Positions 20,125 through 30,799 are shown, counted from the stretch's first letter. The stretch: DNA of 55,870 nt from Opitutia bacterium (GCA_021204635.1 JAJPZB010000031.1:1-55870); one strand, 5' to 3'. Notes: a model not told the origin generated them from the letters alone. Made by a program: numbers and translations.

Positions 20125-21918
20125 TTACATTCTCTCGAGTGTATCAATTCCAAGAAGATTAAGCCCTGTCTCTAAAACGTCGAGCGTACAGGCACACAAT
20201 CTAAGTCGTAAATCTCTAACTCTGCTATCCTCTACTATTATTTTGTCAGCCGTATAAAAAGAAGAAAAAGTAACAGCCAATTCGAATAAATACGTGCAGA
20301 CGTAATGCGGCTTTAACTCTTCAATGGCAATCTTAATGACGTTAGAAAACTTCATTAAATGCCTTATCAATACAGCTTCAGAAACTGTTGATGGAATTAT
20401 AACTACATCGTTCGCAACTACATTTGATATTTCTAACCCAGCTTTTCTGTATATCGATTTTATCCTCGTAACAGCATATAGAAGATATGGCGCGGTATTT
20501 CCTTCAAACGACAAAAGTCTATCCCAAGAAAACACATAGTCTATAGTTCTGTTTTGGAGGAGATCGGCATATCGAATAGCCGATATACCTATAACTTCAG
20601 AAATTTTTCTCTGCTCACGCTCTGGCAGGTCAGAATTCTTTTCTTTAACTATGGAAAAAGCTCTACTCACTGCTTCATCTACGAGAGACTTCAGCTTTAT
20701 TGATCCGCCTTCTTTTGTCTTTATCGGCTTACCATTGCTCCCGAGAATCTTACCAAAGGTTACATGCTTTATCTCCGGAAATCTGTATTTTTTCTCAGCA
20801 AACCAACGTTTCGCCGTCAATGAAAGCATCCGAAAGTGATCCTGCTGCCTATCATCTGTGACATAGACAACTTCGTCTGCATTAAAATGCTCTACTCGAT
20901 AGAGTAGGGTGGCCAAATCTGTAGAAGCATAATTAGAACCTCCGTCTTTTTTCCTAATTATAAAAGGAGCTGCATTTTTATTGTTGCGCGAGTACCTGAA
21001 ATCCTCGTCGTTCCAAACAACTAATGCCCCGTCGCTTTCTTCTGCTATCCCGCACTCAGACAACTCATCATACACGCGACCAACTTTATCTCTATAAAAA
21101 GATTCTCCGAGCGTCACATCAGGATGAACGCCAAATATATCGTATATTCTTGCACAAGCTGCATTCGACACCTTGACAATCTTTTCCCACAAACAGACAT
21201 TATCTCGATCGCCCTGCTGAAGTTTGACGAGTTCCATGCGAGCTTGCTCCATCGCTCCAGCATGATTTTCCTCATCCTTAACATATGAAGTTCCTGATTT
21301 ATAGAGTTCTTCGAGTTCTGACAGTGCCTTCACATCGTCATCTGGAAATACGTAATTTGTGCGCTTTATTTCAAAAATAAGTATCCCAAAATTTGTTCCC
21401 CAGTCACCGATATGATTATCTCTGGTCAAATCAGCTCCACAAAATTCCAATAAACGCGAAATAGCCTCACCTATGACTAAGATCCTAAGGTGCCCCACGT
21501 GCATCTGCTTGGCCGTATTCGGAGAAGGGTAGTCTATTACAACTTTTTTACCATTGTAGATTTTCTTACATACTTTCCTTAGAACATCTGTACTTCGGTA
21601 TGTAGCAATCCAGTTTCCGAGAAATTCATTTGAAAATTTGAAATTTATGAATCCAGGTCCTGCGATACTTATCGATAGTAAATCCCTGTCTATACGTCCT
21701 GATTTTTCGAGTTCAGCAACAAATTTTTCTGCCAAGATTCTCGGATTTACGCCAATTCTCTTTGCTTCAGAAAAAATTCCATTAGCCTGAAAATCTCCAA
21801 ATCGAGGATCAGTAGGACGTACATCAGGTATAAATTTATCTGAAAATCCTTCTAAACTACTCGCTGTTTCCTTAATAACCTCAGTAAGAGACTCAACGGG
21901 ATCGAACCAAATATTCAT
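20125..21918 (-). CDS. argS: Arginine--tRNA ligase
   Basis: AGPGFIN, PNTAKQMHVGHLR (HIGH-like), NHIGDWG, FEGNTAPYLLYA, C-terminal ERM. Confidence 0.97.
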   Translation of the reverse strand: MNIWFDPVESLTEVIKETASSLEGFSDKFIPDVRPTDPRFGDFQANGIFSEAKRIGVNPRILAEKFVAELEKSGRIDRDLLSISIAGPGFINFKFSNEFLGNWIATYRSTDVLRKVCKKIYNGKKVVIDYPSPNTAKQMHVGHLRILVIGEAISRLLEFCGADLTRDNHIGDWGTNFGILIFEIKRTNYVFPDDDVKALSELEELYKSGTSYVKDEENHAGAMEQARMELVKLQQGDRDNVCLWEKIVKVSNAACARIYDIFGVHPDVTLGESFYRDKVGRVYDELSECGIAEESDGALVVWNDEDFRYSRNNKNAAPFIIRKKDGGSNYASTDLATLLYRVEHFNADEVVYVTDDRQQDHFRMLSLTAKRWFAEKKYRFPEIKHVTFGKILGSNGKPIKTKEGGSIKLKSLVDEAVSRAFSIVKEKNSDLPEREQRKISEVIGISAIRYADLLQNRTIDYVFSWDRLLSFEGNTAPYLLYAVTRIKSIYRKAGLEISNVVANDVVIIPSTVSEAVLIRHLMKFSNVIKIAIEELKPHYVCTYLFELAVTFSSFYTADKIIVEDSRVRDLRLRLCACTLDVLETGLNLLGIDTLERM

Positions 21919-22243
21919 GCTGTGTAAGATACAAAATCCTTATAAAAAACTCCAAAATATTCTCAAAAATAAAAAAAGCGACCTATGGATATAAAAATGT
22001 TAATAACGCAAAAATAACTACGTGCTTATCTTTATCTACAAACTCCCTACAAGTTCGTTGCATACTTATTCAGATTTTTAAAAGCCATATACACCGCTTG
22101 AATAAAGGGATTTATCGTGTTGTAAACACAATTTACAGATATATTATTATTGTTTCTTATCTTTTTATAATTTGATAATCTTTACGAAGGATGTAAGTAA
22201 CTTTGCCTTGCAAAGGAGTGTTCGGTAGAGCAGTCTCGTTCGC
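21919..22243. other. Putative replication origin oriC
   Basis: Very AT-rich 325-bp gap upstream of dnaN with DnaA-box-like TTATCTACA (22032-22040, 1 mismatch), several 2-mismatch boxes and a TATTATTAT trio-like tract (~22142-22152). Gene polarity diverges here and parS sites are nearby. Confidence 0.65.
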
Positions 22244-23380
22244 ATGAAGTTCAAAGTAAATCGTGATCACCTCGTCAACGGACTTAGTCAGGTAGTAAAT
22301 GTGACGAGCAGCAATCCGCGGTCGTTACCGGCAACACTACCTGTTCCTGTGGGAGATAAAGCACTCATAGAAGCTGCGGAAGATTTCGTTTCGCTATCTG
22401 CAACTGGTATGGATTTACGCATAAGTTGCCGTGTCAAGGCAGATGTATCATCGCCAGGTAAAATTATGCTACCTGCAAAATGGCTGAAAAATGTAGTAGG
22501 CGGATTCAGAAACCTTGATGTGTTTTTTGAGGTTCAGGGGGAAAATCGAGTGAAGATAAATTCCGGCAGTTCAAAATTTAATGCAGTTGCCATGTCTGCC
22601 GTTGATTTTCCGATGGAACCTTCATTTGACAGCGCTTTTTCTATTGAGTTAGATAAATCTTGTTTGTTGAGAATAATTAGATTGGTATCATATGCACAAT
22701 CTACTGATGAGAATAGATACATTCTCAACGGAATATTTTTCAATTTTGCTGAAGATGAATTGACGGTTGTTGCAACAGATGGTAGGCGACTTGCTAAGTC
22801 TGTATGCAAACTTGAAAATAACATAGAGAGTGCTATGAATTTTATTCTTCCAAGTTCTGCCGTTATAGAATTACAAAAATTACTCGTCGGAGAGGGAAAG
22901 GTACACTTGGAAATTGGTGAACGACAAGTGTCATTTGATATAGATTCAGAGTCGGAAGAGACTGGTATTGTCGGTAAAATTAAAGTTGTCTCAAAATTAA
23001 TAGAGGGAAAATATCCTCAATATCAAGGTGTTATTCCGAAAGATCCGGGCAATAAGGTTGGGATAGAACGCGAAGAATTACTTAGCGCTATTATGCAAGT
23101 GAGGAAAGCCGGAATAGATTCTGTTATATTGAGTCTATCGGAGAATATTATGGAACTTACAGCAAGTTCTGATGAATATGGAGATTCAAGCGATAAAATA
23201 GCAATTAAATATGTTGGAAATGATGTGAAAATAGCATTTAATCCTGATTTTGTGATAGACATTCTCAAGGCTCTAACTCAGGATTCAATTATGTTTGAGT
23301 TCAAAGATGACTTGAGCCCTGGTGTGTTTAAAACGAAAGATGAAACATTTCTTTGTGTTGTAATGCCACTGAGAAAGTAA
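22244..23380 (+). CDS. dnaN: DNA polymerase III beta sliding clamp
   Basis: STDENRYILNG, VVATDGRRLA, SKLIEGKYP.Y..VIP, IAFNP, VVMPLR. Confidence 0.96.
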   Translation: MKFKVNRDHLVNGLSQVVNVTSSNPRSLPATLPVPVGDKALIEAAEDFVSLSATGMDLRISCRVKADVSSPGKIMLPAKWLKNVVGGFRNLDVFFEVQGENRVKINSGSSKFNAVAMSAVDFPMEPSFDSAFSIELDKSCLLRIIRLVSYAQSTDENRYILNGIFFNFAEDELTVVATDGRRLAKSVCKLENNIESAMNFILPSSAVIELQKLLVGEGKVHLEIGERQVSFDIDSESEETGIVGKIKVVSKLIEGKYPQYQGVIPKDPGNKVGIEREELLSAIMQVRKAGIDSVILSLSENIMELTASSDEYGDSSDKIAIKYVGNDVKIAFNPDFVIDILKALTQDSIMFEFKDDLSPGVFKTKDETFLCVVMPLRK

Positions 23381-23389
23381 TTAAAAAAT

Positions 23390-23419
23390 AAAGGTGTTTT
23401 TATTTAAAACACCTTTTTT
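23390..23419 (+). terminator. Hairpin after dnaN
   Basis: AAAGGTGTTTT-TATTT-AAAACACCTTT followed by T residues. Confidence 0.6.
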
Positions 23420-23425
23420 ATTTAT

Positions 23426-24658
23426 ATGTTTTTTAAGAAAAAAAATCAGATAGATAAAGCGTTAGCGGAACTACTTACTTTCGCTGAAAAAGTAAAAAAA
23501 TATCGTGGGGATATTTTTGCAGAGTCTGACGAAGAAGAACTAACGGTTATATTGTCAAATTTAAAATCGGCTGATTCGGACGAACGCAGGGAAAGATATT
23601 ACGATAGACTTCGGAATTGTTTGCAAAGAGTTGGTGGGAACATATTCCCTAAGAAGGGAATTGTTGAACTTGTCGAATTGATAGTTGTTGCAGCCATTTT
23701 GGCGGGAGGCATAAGAGCATTTTTCATACAACCTTTTAAGATCCCGACGAATTCGATGTTTCCGACCTATAATGGTATGACATCAGAGGTCTGCTTTTCT
23801 GAACCTGGATTTATCGAAAAGTCTTTTGAACGCTTTTTTTATGGAGCTTCATTTTATGAATTTACATCTCCTTTTGACGGAGAAGTATTGATTCCTCTCA
23901 ACCAAGATAGAAAAAGAACGCATTCATCTGATGTTTTTGAATTGTTTATCGGAAATAATCAATTGCAGTTGAATTGTCCGAGAGATTTTTCTATAGAGAA
24001 TGTTTTCTTGGAGAGATTTTTCCCTGATTATTATTGCATGACTGACAGATCTTTTCGTGGCAGGTGGTCTGTTTTTATAAACGATATGCGAAAGAATGGT
24101 AAAATTACCATTACAGCGAATGGTGTCCCGGTTATAAAAACAGGAACTTTTGTAAAAGTCGGAGAAAAATTTTTAAATTTTAAAATATTTATTGGTGACA
24201 TGGTTTTGGTAAATAAATTTTTGTATAATTTTTCAAAACCAAGTGTTGGAGATCCTTTTGTATTTAGGACGAATAATATACCCGGATTGAATAACGCAGA
24301 ATTGTATTACATAAAGAGGCTTGCGGGAACATCAGGTGACAGATTAAGAGTCTCTACTGGAAAGTTGTATAGAAATGATGAAATAATTTCAGGCTCAAAA
24401 ATTTTTGATAAAAATAACAATATAGACTACGAAAATAGCTATTATGGCTATTTACCGGAAATTGGTTCTGCGGGTGTTTATTCTCTTCCGTTGAACAAAG
24501 ATTATACAGTTCCTGATGGGTATTGCTATGCTCTTGGTGATAATTCTTCAAATAGCTATGATTCTCGTGGCTGGGGGCTTGTTCCTGTAGATGATGTAGT
24601 TGGGAAGGCATTGTTTGTGTTGTATCCTTTATCGAAAAGATGGGGGATTGCAGAATAA
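23426..24658 (+). CDS. lepB: Signal peptidase I
   Basis: QPFKIPTNSMFPT (Ser), YIKRL (Lys), LGDNS.NSYDSRGWG. Confidence 0.93.
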   Translation: MFFKKKNQIDKALAELLTFAEKVKKYRGDIFAESDEEELTVILSNLKSADSDERRERYYDRLRNCLQRVGGNIFPKKGIVELVELIVVAAILAGGIRAFFIQPFKIPTNSMFPTYNGMTSEVCFSEPGFIEKSFERFFYGASFYEFTSPFDGEVLIPLNQDRKRTHSSDVFELFIGNNQLQLNCPRDFSIENVFLERFFPDYYCMTDRSFRGRWSVFINDMRKNGKITITANGVPVIKTGTFVKVGEKFLNFKIFIGDMVLVNKFLYNFSKPSVGDPFVFRTNNIPGLNNAELYYIKRLAGTSGDRLRVSTGKLYRNDEIISGSKIFDKNNNIDYENSYYGYLPEIGSAGVYSLPLNKDYTVPDGYCYALGDNSSNSYDSRGWGLVPVDDVVGKALFVLYPLSKRWGIAE

Positions 24659-24720
24659 CGTTATGCATTATCTAATTATTAATTGCATTTTCCCAAAATA
24701 GATTTAGAAATTTTGATCAT

Positions 24721-25320
24721 ATGAAAGACGCACGAAGGACAGCTTCAATCGACAGAGTGACATCTGAGACGAAGGTATCTCTGTCTATATGCATAGACGG
24801 TACAGGAAAGTCCGAAATTAAAACAGGTATCCCGTTTTTCGATCATATGCTCTCGTTGTTTGCAAAACACGGGCTTTTCGATTTGGTCGTCGATGCAGAA
24901 GGAGACATAGACGTTGATTATCACCACGTTGTAGAAGACGTCGGCATAGTACTTGGTAGCGCCATAAAAGAAGCTCTCGCCGACAAAATAGGCATAAATC
25001 GCTACGGTTTTTTTATTCTTCCGATGGACGAAACGTTGGTCAGAATTGCCCTCGATCTGAGTGGAAGACCGTATTTTGTTTACAATGTGCCTGTAAAAAA
25101 TCCGATGATCCGCGATTTTAACGTCTGCCTCATCAGAGAGTTCTTCTTGGCGGTATGCAACTCGGTTGGAATGAATCTCCACATCGCACTTGAATACGGC
25201 GAAGAACCACACCACATATCGGAAGGAATATTCAAATGCTTTTCGAGAGCTCTTGCGGTAGCGTGCAAAATTAACGAACGTGCCGCAAATTCTCTCCCAA
25301 GCACAAAAGGTTCTCTCTGA
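24721..25320 (+). CDS. hisB: Imidazoleglycerol-phosphate dehydratase
   Basis: [36 protein letters not shown]. Confidence 0.97.
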   Translation: MKDARRTASIDRVTSETKVSLSICIDGTGKSEIKTGIPFFDHMLSLFAKHGLFDLVVDAEGDIDVDYHHVVEDVGIVLGSAIKEALADKIGINRYGFFILPMDETLVRIALDLSGRPYFVYNVPVKNPMIRDFNVCLIREFFLAVCNSVGMNLHIALEYGEEPHHISEGIFKCFSRALAVACKINERAANSLPSTKGSL

Positions 25321-25351
25321 GATTTTTCCAAAACGGGGAAGGTGACCGGAA

Positions 25352-25990
25352 TTGAAAAATTTAGACGTCGCGTTGATAGATTACGGAATGGGAAACTTGC
25401 GGAGCGTCAAGAGGGCGCTCGAGGTTTTTGGCGTTAAAGTAAAAATTGTTCAAGAACCGGAAGAAGTCCGAGAAAGTCAGGCGATAATCTTCCCGGGGCA
25501 GGGTGCCATATCCGGAGCAATGTCTCAGCTGCGGGCAACCGGCTTTGACGTTTTCCTGAAGAACTGGATTTTTGCCGACAAGCCGTTTTTCGGTATCTGT
25601 CTCGGCATGCAGTTGCTTTTTGAAAATTCTGAAGAAGGCAATGAAGAAGGACTTGGTGTCTTCCGTGGAGCTGTAAAACATTTTCCAAAAGACGTCGGCT
25701 TGAAAATTCCGCATATGGGCTGGAATACGATTTCGATCAACAAGAAAAACGCCGGCAGCTTCGCAGATAACCTTTCCAAAGACGGCAAGTATTTCTATTT
25801 CGTGCACAGCTATTATGTCGAAACCTCGGACGAATCAATTGTCTGGAGCACTTCGGAATATGGCTTGAAATTCGTCAGCGGAGTCCGCAGAGGAAATGTA
25901 TTCGCGGTTCAGTTTCATCCTGAAAAGAGCCAAGAAAAAGGTCTCTTGATTTACAAAAATTTTCTTAATTCTGTTTCTAATCGCGTCTAA
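25352..25990 (+). CDS. hisH: Imidazole glycerol phosphate synthase subunit HisH
   Basis: DYGMGNLRSV, GICLGMQLL, KIPHMGWN, YFVHSY, QFHPEKS; TTG start. Confidence 0.96.
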   Translation: MKNLDVALIDYGMGNLRSVKRALEVFGVKVKIVQEPEEVRESQAIIFPGQGAISGAMSQLRATGFDVFLKNWIFADKPFFGICLGMQLLFENSEEGNEEGLGVFRGAVKHFPKDVGLKIPHMGWNTISINKKNAGSFADNLSKDGKYFYFVHSYYVETSDESIVWSTSEYGLKFVSGVRRGNVFAVQFHPEKSQEKGLLIYKNFLNSVSNRV

Positions 25991-26003
25991 GATTGTTGCA
26001 AGT

Positions 26004-28685
26004 ATGGGAAACGACGGTCCGTCAACTCCGATGATGAAGCAGTATTGGGAATTTAGGGATAAAGTTCCCGCGAATACTCTTCTGTTTTTCAGGTGCGGGG
26101 ATTTCTACGAAATGTTTGCAGAAGACGCCGAGCGTGGCGCGGAACTTCTCGGAATAACCTTGACAAGGCGCTCAGGCATTCCACTCGCCGGCATTCCATA
26201 CCACGCCGTAAATTCGTATTTACCGAAGGCGCTGAAAGCCGGAGTTAAAATCGCCATCTGCGAGCAAACTGAAATTCCGCGTGCCGGCAAACTTGTCAAA
26301 CGGGCGTTGGTTCGCGTGATTACGCCTGGAACAAATTTTGACGAAACCCAGTTAGATGCCAAAAGCAACAATTTCATATTGGCGGTAAACTTAGCAAAAG
26401 CAGGTATTTGCGCTTCGTGGATCGATGTCACAACCGGCGAGTTCTACATCACGGCGGAGAAAGATCCGCAAAAAATCATACCTGCGCTCCAATCTCTTAA
26501 CCCGAGTGAGATTATCATTCCGGAATCTTGGCAACAGGGGAAAACTCCGACCTGCTTTGAACCGCTCATCGAATGGAACCTCGTTTCACGAATTTCCGAT
26601 TGGAAGTTCGATCCCGAAATGGGAAGGCGCTCCGTTTTAAAAACTCTAAACGTCAACAACCTCGATGGCTTTGGTGTATCGGAGGGGCATCCCGCGCTTG
26701 GCGCCGCCGGTGCGCTAATTTCATATCTCTTAGAAACACTTTGCGAATCGCCGTCGCACATCCGAAAAATTACGGAAGTTCGAGGCGACAAAACATTGCT
26801 TATTGATGCAGCTTCAACCCGCAATTTGGAAATTTTTAAATCTGTGTCGGGAGCACGCGAAGGTTCGCTTCTTGCGGCAATTGATTTTACGCACACCGAT
26901 GCCGGCGCGCGCCTGCTCGAACATTGGGTTGCAAGCCCGCCGAGAGATGTGGATATCCCGCGCAACCGGCAGGAATGCGTGGAGGCGTTTTTCCTGAATC
27001 CTTCTGCCGGTCAGCACGTGAGAGAAAACCTTTCCTATGTCCGCGACATCGTTCGCATCCTCGGGCGCGTACAAAACCATATGCGCTCCCCGCGCGAACT
27101 CGGTGCAATTCGCGAGACGCTGCGCTATCTGCCAAAAATCAAAGCCGAATTGCTCGCGATAGGTAGCGATAAAATCGACGAAATCGCCGCGAGAATTTCC
27201 TTGCACGAAAAATTGCGCAAACTCTTGGAAGACGCGCTCATAGACGAGCTTCCTGTCCAACTCGAAAACGTGATTAAACGTGGTTTTAACAAACGCTTGG
27301 ACGAGCTTCGCGACATACGCGTGAACGGGAAAACCTGGGTTGCCGATTATGAGGCAACTCTGCAAGAGCGCACTCAAATAAAGAATTTGCGCGTCAGATT
27401 TAACAACGCGTTTGGATACTACATAGAGGTTTCAAAATCAAATACCTCGAAGATTCCGAAAGAATTCGTTCGCAGGCAAACTCTCGTTGGAGTCGAGCGA
27501 TACACGACAGATGAACTCAGGGAAAAGGAAAGCGAAATTGTCCACGCAGACGAACTCGTTGCTCAGTGCGAGAGTGATATCTATACCGATCTCGTAAATA
27601 CAGTTGTCGCCGATCGCGATTCTCTTTTGGAAACCGCCGGAGCCCTTGCAGAAATTGATGTTTACGCGGGATGGGCACAACTCGCGCAAGTTTGGGATTA
27701 CTCGAAGCCGCTTGTTGACGATTCCGATAAGCTCGAGATAGAGCAGGGCAGGCATCCCGTCGTGGAACAAATTTTACATCGCCCCGGGTCGTCCCAGCAC
27801 TTCGTTCCCAACGACACCGCAATTCAGGCTTCCGGAGCTCAGATAAATCTGATAACGGGACCAAACATGGCGGGCAAATCGACGTATATTCGTCAGGTTG
27901 CCGTCATTGCTCTGTTGGCGCAAATCGGTTGCTGGGTTCCGGCGAGATCTGCGCATATTGGTATTGCTGACAGAATTTTCTGCCGCGTTGGAGCCTCTGA
28001 CGAACTCGCTCGTGGCAATTCCACGTTCATGGTCGAAATGAACGAAACCGCGAACATACTCAACAATGCTACGGACAAATCTATCGTCATTCTCGACGAA
28101 ATCGGTCGCGGAACTTCCACTTATGACGGGCTCTCAATTGCATGGGCCGTGGCAGAATATTTGCACGGCGAAAAAAGCTCCGGACCGAGAACGTTGTTCG
28201 CCACACACTACCACGAGTTGACAAAAATCGCGGACACTCTGCCCCGCGTCAAAAATTTCTGCGTCGATGTGAAGGAATGGAACGACGAAATAATTTTTGT
28301 GCGACAAGTTATTCCTGGTGCGGCAGATCGTTCCTACGGCATCCATGTTGCGCGTCTCGCTGGTCTTCCGAAATGCGTCGTCGATCGAGCCAACGAGATT
28401 TTGGCAGACCTTGAGGGCAATGCCGTTTCATTCAAAAATCCACATCCTGCCCGCGCCAAACCGATTTCCGAAGAAAAGCAGGAAAACGTTATCGCGGAAG
28501 ACAGTCTCGACGACAAAGAATCTGCGGACGAGCAAGGGATCTCTACGTCGCAAGAACAAAAAACCACCGAACCTGCGAAAACGCGACCCCGCGCTAAAAA
28601 AGTCAAGATTTACGATGCTGCTGATGGCGCGCCGCCGCCGCGAAAACAACAACCATTTCAGGATAAACAGCTTTTCCTGTTTTGA
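26004..28685 (+). CDS. mutS: DNA mismatch repair protein MutS
   Basis: TPMMKQY, GDFYE, TGPNMAGKSTY, STFMVEM, DEIGRGTSTYDG, ATHYHEL, SYGIHVA; C-terminal QLFLF. Confidence 0.98.
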   Translation: MGNDGPSTPMMKQYWEFRDKVPANTLLFFRCGDFYEMFAEDAERGAELLGITLTRRSGIPLAGIPYHAVNSYLPKALKAGVKIAICEQTEIPRAGKLVKRALVRVITPGTNFDETQLDAKSNNFILAVNLAKAGICASWIDVTTGEFYITAEKDPQKIIPALQSLNPSEIIIPESWQQGKTPTCFEPLIEWNLVSRISDWKFDPEMGRRSVLKTLNVNNLDGFGVSEGHPALGAAGALISYLLETLCESPSHIRKITEVRGDKTLLIDAASTRNLEIFKSVSGAREGSLLAAIDFTHTDAGARLLEHWVASPPRDVDIPRNRQECVEAFFLNPSAGQHVRENLSYVRDIVRILGRVQNHMRSPRELGAIRETLRYLPKIKAELLAIGSDKIDEIAARISLHEKLRKLLEDALIDELPVQLENVIKRGFNKRLDELRDIRVNGKTWVADYEATLQERTQIKNLRVRFNNAFGYYIEVSKSNTSKIPKEFVRRQTLVGVERYTTDELREKESEIVHADELVAQCESDIYTDLVNTVVADRDSLLETAGALAEIDVYAGWAQLAQVWDYSKPLVDDSDKLEIEQGRHPVVEQILHRPGSSQHFVPNDTAIQASGAQINLITGPNMAGKSTYIRQVAVIALLAQIGCWVPARSAHIGIADRIFCRVGASDELARGNSTFMVEMNETANILNNATDKSIVILDEIGRGTSTYDGLSIAWAVAEYLHGEKSSGPRTLFATHYHELTKIADTLPRVKNFCVDVKEWNDEIIFVRQVIPGAADRSYGIHVARLAGLPKCVVDRANEILADLEGNAVSFKNPHPARAKPISEEKQENVIAEDSLDDKESADEQGISTSQEQKTTEPAKTRPRAKKVKIYDAADGAPPPRKQQPFQDKQLFLF

Positions 28686-28840
28686 AAATTTTCAGACAAA
28701 ATCGACGTGTGGAAAACATCTTCGCGGGACATTTTCTCCAAGCGCCAAAAACTACCGAAAAGCGAAGCGCCTTTCGGCAAATCAATCTTGCTTACACAAG
28801 GGCAAAAATGCTCTAATCCCCAATCCGAGATATACATAGA

Positions 28841-30799
28841 ATGAATACCGAAGAGATCGATACACTTATCGAAAACAATCCCGAATTGCGCGGTTTTCGC
28901 GGAAAACTTGAAGCGATGACGGAAGGCGCGTGCTGCATGCACAGGACGTGGGGATTGGGAGAAATAAAGCGCTACGACGTAGCAACCAACCGACTGATAA
29001 TCGATTTCAAAGAAGCAGATAAAATTGGACACGCAATGTCGCCGGCATTCTGCATCGATAAACTCGAAATCCTGCCGGAAAAACACATCCTCGTCCGCTA
29101 CCGCAAAGGCGAGCAAGCGTACATAGACGGTCTCATTAAAAGCAAAAGCGATGAAGACCGCGTGAAACTTATCAAAGAGATCCTCTCTGTCGCCAAAGAT
29201 CACAAGATGACGGCGACGGAAATTGAAGTCGTTCTCATCCGCCTTCTCGGTGTTTCCAAAATGAAAAAATGGTGGACGGAGACAAAGAAGCTTCTTGTAA
29301 AAGACAAATTTATCGGAGTCCCCGCGAAGAAAGAGGGGCAGTATGAACTTCGCGACGAAGAGGACACCGTTTCCCCCGAGCGCGAAGTCTTGGAGGAATA
29401 CTATCGCAACAAAAACCCGAAGAAAAAAATCCAGCTCGCCGAAAAACTTTTCCAGTTTTCCGCGATTAAGTCGGACGACGAACTCCCGAAAGGCGATCCG
29501 GATCAACCGCAACCGCTTCACCACTACAAGGCGGCTGATCCAGAAATCAGCGAGGATTTGCACAACATCTTCAATGAACTTACCGAGGCAATCAAATCTG
29601 CAAAGCGCCTGACCAAGGCGGAGTGCCTCTACGGCCTCTGGGTACGCAACGACCTTTGCCGCTTTTTTAAGGAAGATGTAGATTCGCTCGAACCCACTTC
29701 CAAATCCATCATTCTCTCCTGCACTCAGGAAGAATTGAGCGAACTTGCAAAAGAAATTCCGCAAAATCCCGCGTGCTTGAAGCGCTTGCTCGATTTGCTC
29801 TCGCGCGTTTATGCGGAGGACGACAAATGGGTTACCGTCGTCACAGATCTGTTCGAGAACAGCACGGGAAAATTTACTGCGGAATGCGTGAACTTCCTCG
29901 TGGAACGCGGGCAGGAAAAAGGGCTTGCGAAACAATTGGAAGATTGGCTTGACACTCAGACGCTTAAGAGCCCGGTTCTCAGCTGGATCGTGAAAAACCG
30001 CAATTCGCGGAAATACACGAAACTCATCAAGCCGTTGCTTTCTCACCGTTTGCTCGCAGCCATTCTTTACGCGATCGACGACGAGGCTACGCGTTCTACT
30101 TCCAACCGCCGCATCCAACTCGCGGAGGAACTGAGCGAAGACTATGGCTTGATTCAAGATCTCATCGAAGATGTTTCCGAGGAAACGGCGCGCGACCTCG
30201 CGCAGTCGCTCAACCTTTGCCAGGGCTTTGAGCCACTGATGAAAAAATCCTTGCTTGCGCGCTTCATCAAAGTGTTCCCGAGGATTCAGTCGCTGCTTTC
30301 CAACGACAACGAACCGGAGACTTCTGCTGCGCTCGTCGTTTCGCAGTGGTCGCTCGAAGAACGTCGCAACGAACTCGAAGACCTTATCAAAATCCAAATT
30401 CCTGCGAACAAAGAGGCAATCAACATCGCGAAGGAACACGGCGACCTCAAGGAAAACTCCGAGTACAAAATGGCACGCCAGGATCAGGAAACGCTCCTCG
30501 CGAGAAAGGCATTTCTCGAAAACGAACTCGAACGAGCTCAGGCGACAGATTTTTCGGATACCCCGACAGACAAAGTCGGCGTCGGTTCCATCGTGGAATT
30601 GGAATCCGCTTCGGGGAAGAAAGAATCTTTCACCATTCTCGGGGCATGGGATTCCAACCCCGAAAACAACATATTGTCATATAAGACACCGCTCGCCCAA
30701 AAACTCATCGGCAAGGCGATTGGCGACGAATTCAACAATAATGGTGACGCGTGGAAAATTGTCGCGCTCAGCCGTTGGTTTGACGCGCAGAAAAAATAA
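28841..30799 (+). CDS. greA: Long (PVC-type) GreA transcription elongation factor
   Basis: C-terminal Gre domain (AKEHGDLKENSEY..AR, ILGAWD, SYKTPLAQKLIGK) behind a long helical N-terminal region. Confidence 0.9.
   Translation: MNTEEIDTLIENNPELRGFRGKLEAMTEGACCMHRTWGLGEIKRYDVATNRLIIDFKEADKIGHAMSPAFCIDKLEILPEKHILVRYRKGEQAYIDGLIKSKSDEDRVKLIKEILSVAKDHKMTATEIEVVLIRLLGVSKMKKWWTETKKLLVKDKFIGVPAKKEGQYELRDEEDTVSPEREVLEEYYRNKNPKKKIQLAEKLFQFSAIKSDDELPKGDPDQPQPLHHYKAADPEISEDLHNIFNELTEAIKSAKRLTKAECLYGLWVRNDLCRFFKEDVDSLEPTSKSIILSCTQEELSELAKEIPQNPACLKRLLDLLSRVYAEDDKWVTVVTDLFENSTGKFTAECVNFLVERGQEKGLAKQLEDWLDTQTLKSPVLSWIVKNRNSRKYTKLIKPLLSHRLLAAILYAIDDEATRSTSNRRIQLAEELSEDYGLIQDLIEDVSEETARDLAQSLNLCQGFEPLMKKSLLARFIKVFPRIQSLLSNDNEPETSAALVVSQWSLEERRNELEDLIKIQIPANKEAINIAKEHGDLKENSEYKMARQDQETLLARKAFLENELERAQATDFSDTPTDKVGVGSIVELESASGKKESFTILGAWDSNPENNILSYKTPLAQKLIGKAIGDEFNNNGDAWKIVALSRWFDAQKK

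Noticed and set aside
13800-26000. Low-GC region as a horizontally acquired island
   Set aside because: It consists of core housekeeping genes with gradual boundaries and no integrase, IS or att sites; kept instead as a compositional finding
28658-30439. Long antisense ORFs (also 2533-4125, 33410-34762, 38318-40003, 51078-52547, 52793-54004)
   Set aside because: They lie opposite well-supported genes, show no motifs, and are explained by codon bias producing few antisense stops
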